Positions 34,907 to 48,700 of a stretch of DNA of 54,608 bases are shown piece after piece (the first letter of the stretch is position 1; the number at the start of each line of letters is the position of its first letter). The stretch comes from Chromera velia. Lineage: Eukaryota. The translations under genes and the position numbers were made by a program. The notes beneath the pieces are model-generated. The model had not been told where the DNA came from. It worked only from the letters and a program-made list of their open reading frames with translations, and did not search any database. Where the stretch lies: contig JAHBMJ010000178.1 of assembly GCA_018398765.1 (NCBI GenBank), forward strand, positions 1 to 54,608, given 5' to 3'.

Positions 34907-37052
34907 TCAATTGCGGGAAGGGAATGGGGAAGGCAAGCCCCCCCATCCTGCGAGAGCCTTCTCGATATCCTCAGGGGAGGGGAACGAAACACCCCGACTC
35001 GTGCGGGGGGGGCGGCGGGGTCCCCTGGCCTGCTGCTGCTGCTGTGTCTCCGCCGCCTGAGTTGGCGGCCCACGGGGGCAGGGAGGGGTCGTTGAGGAGA
35101 ACACAGGCGGCGCTACAGGGAGCAGCGGGGGGGCACTGGCAGAGGGAGAGTACACAGGAAGGTAGTCTGAAGGGCAGGGCTGCAGGGTCTTCAGGACGTT
35201 GGATGGGGGCGTGGCAGTCTCGTCTGTAGTGGCACTTAGGGGGTGTGCACTCTGCTTCTTCTTCTCGGTCTCTGTCTGATCCTCCAGGGCTCCCCAGCAC
35301 TGAGGGAGGACAGGCTCAGGATGCTGCTGCTGCTTTTTGTACGCCTGCTGATGGTGCTGGTTGGTGGTCAGGTGATCAGATTGTGGCGGGAACGCGAAGC
35401 CGGGGGGTGGAGGAAGAAGGCCGGTGTTTTTGTTGGCACTCTCAGAGACGAGGGGGAGGGGCGCTTCTTTATCATCTGTTGTGTTCCTGCACGTCGAGGA
35501 AGAAAGAGAGGAAGAAACAGATAGATGCATGTGAGACGAATGGCAACAGTTGTCGGTGCTCAGAAAAGACCCACACATCGTCAACTTCGTTTACGAGAAG
35601 AGAGGGAAAACAAAAAAATGAAGGGAGGACCGAAATCAAAAGACAAAAAAAAAAAGCGGAAACTGCGCCAAGCAAGCAAACAAAAAACAGGAATCTGTAC
35701 AGAGAACGCACAAGATGAATAACAGACAGGACAAGACAATTTTCTCCTCCCACTGAACAGAGACAGGGAAAGTCCCTATCAGAACTGTCGATACCGGGCC
35801 AACTTGACTGACGTCATCTTCCCGATGGCTGCTGCACTGGCGCCGAGGCCCATCGAGGCCGTGTGGGTGCATCCGTCTTCTGTCTGCACGCTGAGAGGCA
35901 TCAGGTGGGCATCAGAGGAGAGGAGCCCGGCCCTCTCTGCCTTCTCAGGCATCTCGTTGTCGGAGGCCGTCAGCGGAGGTGCAACTGAGGATGCGGAGGA
36001 GGCACCGCTCTCGGTGTCAGCCCCAGAGGGAGAGCACACACGATCACACTCCACACCCTGGACACCAAACTCGGGTTCTTTGCGCATTTTTGCGGGTGCA
36101 GGTCGCTGTTGCTTCAGGGCGACCGAGAGGCGTTTCCCCCCGATGTACTGTTTGTTCATGCCCGCAATCGCCTTCTGGGCATCCTCGGCGGATTCGTAGC
36201 AGACAAAGCCAAAGCCTTTGTTGCGACCCGTTTTGCTCTCACGCGCAATGATGGCGGAGACGATTTGGCCGAACGGTCGGAAGTGCTGCACTCAAACACA
36301 GGCAGAGAAATTGTCGAAGAAATGCTGCACTGAAACAAACACCAGCATCCAGGTCGAGCCCTCGGTCTTGCCATCAACCTCTTACTAAGAAAGAGAAATC
36401 TCTGTTTGCCTTAATTGGTTCGTCTGCATGGAATGCTGCGTCGCATCGGAAGGACATTCAAAGGTTCAAAGCCGAGGGGGGACATCCTCAAAGAGAGAAG
36501 AAGGCGCAGTCGCTCAGTACAACCACTCGACGTAAAGGCAGGTGCTGATGAACGACTAGGGAGAGAAAACAAAAACCCGGGCAGCGATTTCGACACTCAA
36601 AAAAGACACCCAAAAAAGTTCACGCAGACATTCGCCTGTCAAAGAGCACTGAACGAGTCTAGTCTCAAATTTCTCGTGGGAAAAAAGAGAAATCAAAAGC
36701 GACAATTCAGAAAAACCGATTCCTGCCTGACTTTGTGTAAAGTTTCCTCCTGCCACTCTCTCGGGAGGTGGAACACAAACAAATTGCAGTCGTCCTGCTG
36801 GTCGGAAGAGTTGCGGGTTTGTTTCCCTTTCTCGGTAGCTTTCTCTTTGCCCCCAGGGTGCATAGGCTCAGGTGAGACTTGCGGCGTCTTTTTCCAAGTC
36901 TCTTTTTCCAATTTCTCGTAAAGCGCCGTTAGGACCGCGAGGCGTTCTCGAAGGCAAGAATTCTCCTTTTCTAACGCACCAATATGAGCTCTGAGCAGGC
37001 GAACGATGTGGCCAGACTCACACTCGCATGCGGCCTGAAAATGGTCTGGCAT
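34907..37052 (-). CDS. RNA-binding protein with one RRM resembling CELF/Bruno RRM3, an N-terminal coiled coil and a P/Q-rich tail, 3 exons
   Basis: Exons 37052-36732, 36285-35813 and 35486-34907 splice in frame. RNP2 is NLFVFHLP and RNP1 is KGFGFVCY, followed by AQKAIAGMN...GGKRLSVALK. Confidence 0.88.
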
Positions 37053-37815
37053 ATTGCCTTTCAGTCAATTCAGAAAAAAGGCTTGACCCTTCTAGCTATT
37101 TTTAGCAAAAGTGAATTTCCCACCTCTGTTCTTCAGCTTTGGAATCCGGCAGGACAGCCTCTCTTCCTACACAATCAATCAGTCAATCTCAGTACTCCTG
37201 CGTCGAAAAAGAGACGACTTGTCTTCGCTTGTCTGCATGTGGGAGAAGTGTGGACATGTGTGGACTTTCACATGGACTGAATTCGGTTTTGCAGAGAGGG
37301 AGACTATATAGGAGACTTGCCGGGTCCCAAAATTAATCGATATCACCCCGGGCATCACTCCTGACACCGCGGCCCCTACAATCTGACGCACTCCGTGCGA
37401 ATGGCCCGCGGAAAGCGAAATTTATTTTTCATGCCCACGGATGAAACTAGGTAAGTGCCCCCTCAGCTGCATGAATTATTTTTCCGGGGCCCAGACGTGC
37501 GTGCGTCAAATCTTCCTCGGTGGTCTGGGGCGAGCTGCCTGGAAAAAAAAAAACTTTCTGCATGGTGAAAGCCAGCGTCTCCGACGATCCGCCTGCATCC
37601 GCTCCGTCTACGGTGTACGTGGTGTATACGTGGTGTTGTTCAATGCAACATATATATGTACTGAGAGATCAAGCAATGCCGCGATGACAATGCGGGCCAG
37701 GCCTGGCTATCGACAACCTCTCTCTGCCTTACACCGTCGGTTTCATTCTTGCGGGAGGCCCTGAATTGTATTTCCCACGGTTTTGAATCTGAACTTTCCT
37801 AGTTTTTTTGTGTCA

Positions 37816-40800
37816 ATGAAGGGCGGGCTCCGAGTTTCGGGGTCAGTTCTGATCTGTCTACTCGTTGGGGACGCGAAACTCGCAACAGGTTTTTGCCCTT
37901 CCTCTTTGACGGTACCCCAAGGCACTCATCCACTCACGTCAATCCGAAAAGTTGAACAAGGGGGACTGCTGTCTTCTCCCTGTTCTGCAACTCCACTGGT
38001 GTCCTCCCTCCCATCGCAAAAAGAAAGAGGAGACGGGACGAGACTTCATGCAGGCGTCTCCGACCTGATCGACCTCCCAAGTCTCGATGGCCTGTCTCCG
38101 GCAGATCAACTCGGAAGGGGACAGAGGATCAACTGGTCTGTCTGTCATTCTGTCTGTCTGTCTGCCTGTCTGTCTGTCTGTCTGTCTGTCCGTCCGTCTG
38201 TCTGTCTGAAAGAAAGGAAGAGAAAAGGAAAGAAAAGACGATAGTCTGTCTGCTGTCCGTCTGTCTGTCAAGAAAAAAAACAGAAGAGAATGAAGAAAGA
38301 GAAAAAGGAAAGGAAAAGACGATGAGGTCTGTCTGTCTGTTCATGAAGAAGAGGAGAGAAAGAAACCATATAGTCTGTCTGTCTGTCTACATGAAGAAAA
38401 GAAGGGAGAAGAAGAAACAAATAGCCATCGCCCAAATGCCCATGCCCTTCCTGATCTTACCTGAGTGTTGTCTGTTTGCCCTCCTGACTGGTCTGCAGGT
38501 ATCCTGGGCACGTTGCAAAAGCAGAGAGACAACTGCAGGAATTCATCAAATTGGTTGATGTCGTGGTTGAGGTTCGTTAGTGATTGTTGGGGTGCTCCTC
38601 ATTCTCTCTGTCTTTGTCTGTCTCTCCGTGTGGGTCCCATGGCCCCTTTTTTCCTGCCTGGCGCTCCTCTTCATTTCTGCTTCTGCTTCATCTCGAGAGG
38701 TCAAGGGGGGAGGTAGAGACCGAAAGTTGCGGAGATGGACTTGGGCCTTTTAGGGCGTGCGTGTGCACGTATGTATATGTGTGTGTGCTTTTGTGCGTCC
38801 GAGGCTCTGCGTCTTCCAGTCCTGACTCCCGCCTCGCTTTGCCCCCGTTTGTGTGTGTCTCTATCCCCCCCCGCTCCTCTCTATGTGGATGCAGCTGCGA
38901 GACTCCCGCATTCCCTTGTCAACTTCCCACCCCAAGGTGGACGAGTGGGTGGGGGAACGGCCGAAGCTTGTGGTGTTCGCACGGAGCGATCAGGTGCCAC
39001 CGGCAGTTCCGAGAGAATGGATCCGTTTCTATAAGGTCAGCAGTCAGTCTGGTTCGATCTCTTAGTGTTCCATGCGGTGATCCGTCCTTTTTTTCTTTGG
39101 GGGGGGGGTTCTGTTGGATTTGGACAGTCGCTATCTGTTTGTGTTCCTCTCTGTCCGTTTTTAAGTATTACTTTCTCTCTTCCATTGGAAGCGCTTTGTG
39201 GTTGCATGTCCTCGGGTAGGTGCGAGGGCGTGCCAGGCGCGTGTGAGCTGCTGCTCCAGCATTTGTATGCGTGGAAGGTTGGAGAGTCAGAGAATGCTCC
39301 GGTTGGACGAATAGCAGTTCTCTTTTGATGTTTTTCCTTTTTTGTCTTCTCAGTTTTCTCACAAAAGTCTGGTCCTTTCCTCTCCCTCCAAGAGTTGAGC
39401 ATCTATCTGTTCTTCGTTGCCTCTGTCCTTCCCTCCTTTTCTTTTGTTACCCCCTGTCTGCTTCCTTCCTGCAGGGAATTGCAGCGGCCGGATTGACGGA
39501 ATCGGAAGCGAAGGAGTTGTTGTTAAGCTGTGGAAGAGAGGGGACATGGGGGGGGGCAACGGAAGGGAATTGGGGGGGGAAAGAGAAGGGAGACGAACCA
39601 CGGCGTCGATCCTCTTCTTCTTCTTCGGACGACTTTGATTTTTTTGGTGCGAGTCGGGAGGATTTTAGCCCTGAAGACTTTCTGGGGGAACCGGAGGGCA
39701 TTAGTGCAGAGGCACATGCAGTAGGGTTTGAGGATTACGTGAAGGGTTTGTTAGTGGAAGAGGAGAGACGGAAAGAGACGGGTGAGATCGGCGCGTTGGA
39801 TGAATTTGACCGGAAAGAAGCCGAGAGGGAGGCGCAAAGAGATCAATTCCGATCACTCAGCAAAGGAGAGAGAAAATGGAAAATGAAAAATCAAAAAAGG
39901 CAGAGAGACCCAGCGGAAGAAGAAGGAAGGGGAAGTGAAGGCACTGAAGAGGAGAGTAGGAGACCCAAAGGGCAGCAGGAGAAGGTGCAGCTTACGGACA
40001 CACAGAAAATCTTCTTTGTAAACGCCAAAAAAGGGACAATTGACATCAACAAGCTACGAGAAGCCATTGTTCGGGTAAGTCAACCAGAAAGGAAAAGAAG
40101 GAATGCGTGGGAACCTGTGGGATCCTTTGACGTCGTCTGTCTCTCTCTTTCTGTCTTCCTTTTTTCTCTCTTCTCTCACTGGTTTCCTTTTCGTTTGAAG
40201 ACGGTCTGCTCGTTTCCTTTCCAGGTTTTTCTTTCTTTGGTCCTTGTCTCTTTCTATTTTTGCGAATCTGTTCGTTTTTTGTTTCTTGCCGACTCTGAGT
40301 GGATGCCTTGTCTTGTCTTTCCTCTCTACCAAAGGCCCCTTTCTGTCCTTTGCTTCTTTTTTTTGTTTCTCTTCTCGTGTGCTTCCTTCCAACGCATCGA
40401 TGAAGTAGGCCGTTTCCACGAACGAGGCTGCAAAGAATGTTTTCTCGAACTACACGCGTCCACTTTGTTTGCATGTCCTGCAACGCCAGGTCGGGGAAAG
40501 TGTGAACGCCAAACGGACTCTGAAGGGGCTGAAACCCCGACCTGTGAGAGCCCTGGTGATTGGATATCCGAATGTCGGGAAGAGCGCACTTATCAACAGG
40601 CTGATCGGGAAGGCCAAGGCAAAGAGCTTCGATTCACCCGGAGTGACCAGGCAGATAAGTGTCCGTTTGTTTGCACAGAAGCGGCTCTCTGTCCGTCGAT
40701 CATTTTGTCGGTTTGTTTGTGAGTAGGGAAACAAGAGAGGTAAAGAGGACGTTGCACGTGTGTGATGCTCGCTTGTAAAGAAAAAAGAAGAAGAAAGAAT

Positions 40801-43344
40801 GTCATATGGTCTGTCTCTCCGCGTTTCGGTTGACGCTAGATCACTCATGTACTTTCACTTTGTGGTGGTTAGCTTCCATGTTGGTGTCGCATTGGTCCTT
40901 TCATTCCCTCATTTTTTTTTTTCGATTTACTTGTTTGCTTGTCTTTCTTGCTATCCTCACACAAGCTTACTGTGCATTTACCTTGTCTTGTTCAGTCCGT
41001 CTAAATCACATTGTCTGTACGTCGGTATTGAATGCATTCCCTCTGGTATCTTTTTCTGTATATTCTTGCGCACAGTGGGTCCGTCTGGTCGAGAGAGAAC
41101 GGAAGGGCCCCGTGCATCGTCAAATCGAAATTCTGGACTCGCCTGGAGTCCTCCCCCCCAACCCAGACGACCAAGAGGCGATGTGGAAATTGGCCTTCTG
41201 CAATGAGATCTCATCGGTAGGCAGGCCGGGAAAAAGGGAGGGAGGGAGAGGGGGACTTAGGTGATGAAGGTCTCTTCTCTTCTGTTCCACTACCAGCGCA
41301 TCTCTCTTCCGCCCCTCTCTTGCCGAACTCTCGAGTTAGGCGTGTGCCCTATCCGATCTGCACACTCAATTGTGTATTGTATCTGCATGTTGTAAGGAAA
41401 GGGAGAGGAAAGAGAAGGAAAGGGCTGGCAAGCAACCCATTCCTGCCTTCCATTGTGAGAAAAAGACGTACCTGCCAACCAAGTACTCTAACAGAAATGG
41501 CGGCATGCGGAGGGAGGGGCTAACTGAAGATTGGGGTTGGAGGTGTTTGTTTCGGTTTTTCTCTCACCGTTGCTTGTTCATTTTGTTCATGCAGGCTGCC
41601 TTCAACACAGAGTTTGCGTGTGAACAAATGCTAGAGCACATATTTCGGGTCGGTCGGGCAGATCGAGAGACTCAGTGATTTTCTTGTTTCATCTTTCTCT
41701 CTGCTGATTCCTGTCACCACTTCTTCTGCTCTCTTGGCGACGACGCGAAGAGAGTGAACCTCTGCACATGCGGATGAATACTTTTTTCATTGAGAGGGGA
41801 TTCATGGTGTATTCTTCAGTGACACTGGGGGCTCTTTTTTTTTACGCCATTGATTCTGACATTTGCATACATTTTTTCCAGCTGAAGTTACTCGTCGCGA
41901 CTGCCTCTGAGTTGAGCCTGACAGATGCCACGAAAGAATCTCGAGCCTGACTTGGTGTTTCTTTCTGGCTTGTGTGTGTATCTGCTTAATTCTGTCTGGT
42001 GCAGACGAACGTAGCCCGACCTGCCTTCTGCTCGCTTCAAATGTTCCGAACACGGTGAGTCAGTCCGTCGACTGACTGTAAGAGAGAGAAGAACCATGTG
42101 AAGCAAGCAAGCTGGGTGGCCGGCCGGTTTGTGTGATCTTTCTTCCTTTTCGCTTCTGACTTTCTTCTTTCAATGGAGGGTTGAGGACGAAGTGCTCAAG
42201 CGGCTGTACGGCCCCGGCCCTGCACGCAATATATTTTTTAAAAGAAAGAGGGAAGCATCTTGTCTGCCTAAACTCTTCTCTCCGAATGTGCCCGTATGTG
42301 TGTGTGGTGTGTGTGTGTGTGTGTGTGTGTGCATGAAGGCGTTGATTCCCAATGGACATTTTCATCATGTCACATCCCGTCCTGCATGCAGGTATGACGT
42401 CGAGCCCTTCCCTGACAATTCGTTCCGACGTGACTGTGCTCTGGCGGCACGCACAGTACTCGATAAGGTCAGTCAGTTGGACCGTCGGTGAGTTGGTCGG
42501 TCGGCTGTCTGCTCTATTGGGTTGGGGGTTCTTTGGTGTGATGGTCGCCCTATGTCTCTCTTCCTCTTTGAGGAGGAACAGACAGAATCATATTCACGTG
42601 GCTTTCCAGAGATAGTTCTCCTTTTGTGCGCGCACGTTTTCGCTTTCTCTCTCCTCGATGGCCCCTGCTTCTTGTTCGTCTCCTCGTCTCCTTCATCTTC
42701 TAATTGATCCCTTTGTTCTTTCTCCAAGAATGCGTATGGAAGAAAACTCAGGAAATATGACGGAAGGCGAAGAAGAGACATTTAGACCTAAACGCGCGCA
42801 CACATACACATAAACTTACACGCTCACGGCGGACAGAGAAGCAGTCAGAGAGCTAATCGATGCAAGATGAAAACTTTGGACTCTCCACCCCCTCCCCTGG
42901 TCTGTCTCTTCCATCCTACCCTCCCTTTTTGCCTCCTTCCTTTCTGTACGCTTCCAGTTGGCAGTGAAACGTTTCGTGGGCAACAGACACCAGGCGGCGT
43001 GCCGTTTGCTTGTCGACTTTCGAAAGGGTGCCCTTGGGCAGCTGGCCTTTGAGCCTCCTCCCTCAGCAGAACGGCTGGAGAAGGCCCTCCTCTGGCGTGA
43101 AGAAGAGGAGGAGGCAGCGCGGGCGAGGGTACCAGACCGCCGGCTGGTCGTCCACTCTTCCCCTTCTCGAGTTTTCGAGAGAGGGAACAGCAACAGTAGA
43201 GACGGACCGATGGAGACAGGAGACTCAGATTCTCAGGCTCTGTCCTCGGGATGTATGTACAGATCCGACGACAGACTGCGGGCAGGACAGGAGGTTGGCA
43301 TTGATCCTTCTATGTGGGGGCTGGGAGATTTCGATGGATGGTGA
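37816..43344 (+). CDS. rbgA: Ribosome biogenesis GTPase RbgA/YlqF family (circularly permuted), probably plastid-targeted, 10 exons
   Basis: Exons 37816-38135, 38499-38571, 38895-39035, 39475-40074, 40490-40660, 41076-41216, 41595-41648, 42005-42054, 42392-42467 and 42958-43344 are all phase-compatible. Motifs: [18 protein letters not shown]1 GYPNVGKS, G2 PGVTR, G3 DSPG, and C-terminal [11 protein letters not shown]. The N-terminus has a hydrophobic stretch, then ATG-F, then a Ser-rich leader. Confidence 0.93.
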
Positions 43345-44426
43345 ATTAATCGGTCATCTCACATGTAGTCTGGTGATATTTCAATGATGATCCACATTTA
43401 TACATAATTTAGCATAATTTTACATACAGTGCAAGTCCATAAGAAGAATCATGATTTAAAATCAACACACACCTACTATCAGGTGAATGCTTTGTAGGTC
43501 TAGTATGAGGTGTTCACTGGCACTTTTAGGTTCACTCATGTAGTAGTATATGAAAGAACTTGAAAGTTATCTGCATAGCGAATTTTTATATGATTTTTCG
43601 ATATTTTTCAGGGCCCGAATCAGAGGAATCATAATGTCAGATCTAGATCTGAGTATACCCAATTTGCCATTAAATATACCCTTAAATGATGCACAAATTT
43701 ATCATATTTACTTATACTTACTCTAACTTATTTTTGTATGCGAATTCATTAGTGTGAATGCGTGTGAACAAATATGAACAAACTTCTTTTTGGACTATTT
43801 AATACAGTGTGAAACAAACCGATAGTTTTGTAATTATTAAGCTTACTAAAGCTATACACATTATAAAATCAATTCAATGATTCAACTGCAATTCTTCTGA
43901 GGGTTGTTTAGGGGTTATGTGGGGTTCTTGAGAATAATTTGGAACGATGTGGTACTTGCATGGTGATCGAGGTTTACAGGCGGCTCTGAACTGTCTGCGC
44001 GCCGGCCCGGCCCCGGCGGCCGGGCGTGGTGTGGGGGCCCATGCAGCCCCACGACGCGAGGTTGTGTGGCGCTCGCTGCGCGCGCTTGAACACAAAGGGT
44101 GGAAGGCGGGACATATGACTGCCTTTGCAGACTGTCTCTCATTCTATCACTTAGTTACTTCCAGATTCCCAAAATTTCGGAACACCCATGGGTGAATAGA
44201 GGAGGATTGAGGGAGGCGTCGATTGCCCCTCGTCACTCAGTGGAACCAGGATTCACCCGTGAGAAAGCACGCAGGCGTTAATACTTGTCCTGAAACACTG
44301 GCTGTTTGTGTATCTTGGAAGCACGGTGACAACGCGTTGTTTCACTTCATCACTGTCGGCGAGGACCGAAATTGACTAGACCTGTGGCCGTGTAGTGTGT
44401 CAACCTAGACAGAAGCGTGCTCTGAG

Positions 44427-45725
44427 ATGGAGAAGTCAAGTGGTGGGAAGAAAGGAGGAAGGGGTTTTGCAGAAGACGCGAACATGGCGACAAAGGTTTT
44501 GAGTATCGAAGCCGAACACAAGAAACAGGTCTCGAGTCTGAGAGACAATCTCCAGAAGCAGCAGGCACTCAACAAAAAGGTCATTTACACACATCCCCAT
44601 GACACCAGGAACTACCTCACTTGGCTTTTTTATCAGTGCACGGTTTGAATATCAAAGAACATCCCTTGTGTGAATGCCCCCCCCCTTAATTCTCCCAAAA
44701 TGCATCTGGCTGCAGCTGGAGGGGAAGATGCGGAATGAGTTCGAAGAGATCAAACGACTGCGCCAGGTCAGGAGAATCATTAGAAGGAAAGGAAAACATC
44801 AGAAATGCCAGAAGTGAACAAAAAATAAGTAGTCAACCGACCTCTTTCGTCTCCCCCAGAGAACTTTTTCTGTTGACAGACCATCGATCGTCATCACCCT
44901 TCCGTCTCTCTTTTCTGTTTACCTTTCCGCATGCCCTCTGTTGATCCCGCCTCCTTCTTACGGACCCCAAATTTCCCCCACGCCGAAGTGAAGTGTCAAC
45001 TTTCAAGAACCTCAAAGAAAGAAAGAAAGAAAGAAATTACGGACCCTAAATTTCCCCCATTCTTTGCACGCAATCAATAAACCCTCTCTCTGTCTTTCGT
45101 TCTTCCCGGTCCTTCGCCTTGATTCCCTCTCGCCTGGTTCTTCTCTGATCGGGTGGTGCAGTGGTGGCCTCTTGCTCGCTCCCCCACTTTTGAGCTGCTG
45201 TCTTGACGTCTTCTTTCCTTCTGTCTGTCCACTGTCGTTACCCCGCCCACCCTTTCTCTGACTGCGTGGCTCTGATACTCAAATTTGATGCAGAGCCTCG
45301 AAACAACCAACGATCATATGCTCCTCTTGTGTGCGCACGTGCCTCCATCGTTGGTGCCCTCCGTGCGCCTGTTTCTTCTCTTCCTTTTCCTTCACTTCCC
45401 TGTGCAAATTTGTGGGTTTGCAATGTCTCCAAATTCCATATCACTGCAGTTGTGCGAAAGCCAGGAGAGGGTGCTGCACTCATTCAAAAGGTCGGCGGGC
45501 AGGCGGGTGGTTTTGATGGAATTCATTCAACTGGGGGGAAGAGAAGACTCGTTTTTCCGCGAGTGCGTGCCTATTTGTTTCCTGTACTGGTATCCTCTCA
45601 CGGTCTCGTTGGAGAGCAGGCATGAGATATGAGGAGTGCTGTGGGTGCATGCAGGTGGAGAATGCGTAGACCCTCTCTCTCTTTCTTGGATGTTGGTGTG
45701 TGTGTGTGTGTGTGTGTGTGCGTGC

Positions 45726-45767
<42 letters not shown>

Positions 45768-48700
45768 GTGCCTGTGTGCGTGTGCGTGTTGATGAATGTG
45801 TGTGTGCGCGTGTGTGCCTGTGTGCGTGTGCGTGTGCAGGCAACTGGACCAGGTGACAGAAGAGAGGGACCGTCTCCACACAGAGGTGGGTCGTCCGTGT
45901 TGCGTGCGTCAGTCTGCAGAGGAGAGGAGCGGAGAGGAGACCGGCTGCCTCCCTGCCTATCCACAAAGGAATTGGTGTTGAAAGAAGGCACCGTCCATCA
46001 AATTGGTTGACTGTCTGATCGCCTTTTTGGTTGATATGTTGACGGGCTCACCGTCTGACTGACTGTCTGTTCATGTGGCTCTTCGATCGACTGAACGGCT
46101 GATGGATGGATGGTCTGATGGATTCATTTATTAATATTGATTGCCTGATTGATTGACTGAGAGCAGGTGTCCATCTCCAAGGGGGCCCAAAGAAAATTGG
46201 AGGTCAAGCTCTCTCTTGCTATGAGGGTCAGTCGGTCAACTAGGCCGAAGAAAAACAGAGGAGACGAAAGGAGAGGATCGAAGGAAGGAAGAGGAAAGCT
46301 TGGTCTTTCGCTTCCCCGCCTGCCCGTTTTCATTCCTGGGCCCATCATCTGTCCATCGATCGCTGTCGTTCCTGCCTTCTTCTTTTCTGCCGTATCGCAA
46401 AACTTCCCTCTCGGTTTCCGACAGAAATTCAACGCATGTTGTTTCGATCTGTATATGCACGTGCAGGAAATTCAACACCACCGCTCAAAGGGTGCTTCGG
46501 GTGCTCACGCAGGCACCTTCGCTCTCCCGGCCTACGTCGAACCCCGGGCTTTCTCTCCTCCCCCCCGCCTCCACGTTCCCCCTGCTCCCCTCTCAGCCAG
46601 AGGACCGCTCCCCCATCGAGACGTCAGCACCCAGAGAGAAAGAGACAGAAAGCCGGCGCATAATCAAAGCGCAGGAGGGCCAACGAAAGGCATCAGAGGG
46701 AAGAAAACCAGAGGAGGAAAGAGCCCGAGGGGTTCCCCTCCCAAGGCCGTCGAACGTTTGGAAGCGAAACTGGAGGTGCGTGCGTCAGTACACAAATGGG
46801 GGGGGAGGGAGGGGGGGATGTTCAATCAACAGCTTTAGAGAAAGCAAAATTAGTATGTGTCAGTGAGTGTATGTGAGTATTCAACTGCAAGGTGTGCAAA
46901 CTCTGTGCAGATTGATACACTCTTTCTTTGATTCGACCTTCCCGATTTCCTTTTCCCTCCCTCCCTCCCTCTCTCTTTCTGCATGCAGCAAGAGAACTCT
47001 GCGTTGAGTGCGCGGCTCAACAGAGCGCTTGCGTCCTCAGCCCAGCGCTTCTCCCCCTCTCCCCCACCCCCCCAGACATTCAGAGTGTCCCTCCTCAGTC
47101 CACCCCGGCATTCCTCCTCAGGAGCACGCCCCCACCCCCCCGCAAGGGAGGCTTTTAACCAGGATCGCCCCCCCCTTTCTGCCAGAGAGCCTTCTTCTGC
47201 TCCCCCTGTTCCCGTCTCTCATCCTCGTCCCCCCTCTCACAAGCGGCCTCCCTTTGAATCAGTACTCAAAGAATCTCATCCCACGACCGCTCCGCTTCTG
47301 CACCCCCCGCCTGAACGAGAGCGAGAGACTGGACTACTGTCGACCCCCCCTCAAATGAATGTGGGGGGAGGGGGACCCATTTGTTCCCTCTCACCCACTC
47401 CCTCCCCCCAACCTCCCGTTGCTGGGAGAGTGGAGGACCGTCTCCTCAGAGATTCCCCGAAAGAAGAGACGGAGACGGGAGCACAACGATTCCCACGGTC
47501 GAACACTCCGCATCCGGGCGAACCTCCGCCAGCCGCAAGAGACCGACCTAAATCTGCCGCACGCCCGCAGTCTGCAACGCTAACCGAGCCAAGAAATTCG
47601 AAGATCCCCCAAGTTGCGGTGGTCGTGACACACCCTCAAACTTTGCGGTCCTGCCATCCCCCGAGTGTACAGCACACGTTCTCCCCTGCACGGGACGATT
47701 CAGGCAAGGGTGTGCGTCTCCAGGTGGAGTCTCTTCACATGAAATTGGAGGCTTCCAAAGAGGAGGCGCATGCCTTGCGTTCTTCTCTAGTCTTCTCAAA
47801 GGAACAGTCTGACAGGCTCCAGAGAGAGCTGGAGACATCCAGAGTCCGATATAAGAGAGCAATTGAGAGACTGCAACAGATAGAGGAGATGCGAGAGGCC
47901 GACCTTGAGATTATTGCTGCATTGTCAGGCACGGAAGGAAGGGAGGGCAGGGGAGAGTCCCAGAAAGAGAAATCATCGTCCCAGGGTGCTCTGGGGGTGA
48001 TGGGGGGGGCCGACGGGAGAGAGACGGGGAGTCGGAGATCTCCTCTGAGAGACCCGAGGAATGATTCGGGTGCCCCATCTGTCCCCCCCTCCCCCCCGGG
48101 AGATGCCATCCTTTCTTCCAATGAACCACGCACCCCCCCGCAGCGACAGACAGACGCGTCGGGCGTGGCAGGACGGAAGGGGAAAGATTTTGTTGTTGAT
48201 GTACAGACAGGTGGAACAGAGGAAGAGGAGGGAAGGGAGGAAGAGCAGGATGAAGCGTCAAATGCGGACAGCGGAACAGAGGAGAGGAAGGCGAAGATCT
48301 CCAGAGATAAGGAGAGAGGGCCCCATTCACATCGACACAAGCCTGCCCGGACAGAAGAGCTCCCAATGGGAGGTTCTGTGGGAACATCCCGCATCGCTTC
48401 CTCTGAGAAGGAGAGAACGTCACCGACCAGACGAGGGCAAAAATCCCGCCCCTCAGTCAAAGAGAAAGAGCCCGAGGGAGGGGCGGAGCGTCTTGCAGTG
48501 ATGCGACGGATGATGATGGCAGACTCGTCTTCCTCTTCTGAGTCTCCTGACGGAGGGAGGGAGAAGAGAAAAGGAAGAGAAAGAGGGGGGGCCTCTCCAA
48601 TATTTGGGGGTTTGGGGGGATCCTCTGTTGGCAGGTCGGTGGTGTGGGTCTTTCAGCAGCAGTCAAATGGTTCTTTTGCATATTCAAATGCGTTTGTGAA

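Noticed and set aside
43433..43797. Imperfect inverted ends AGTCCA.AAGAAG with similar flanks
   Set aside because: Both the TIR and the TSD need indels, which is too weak in AT-rich sequence.
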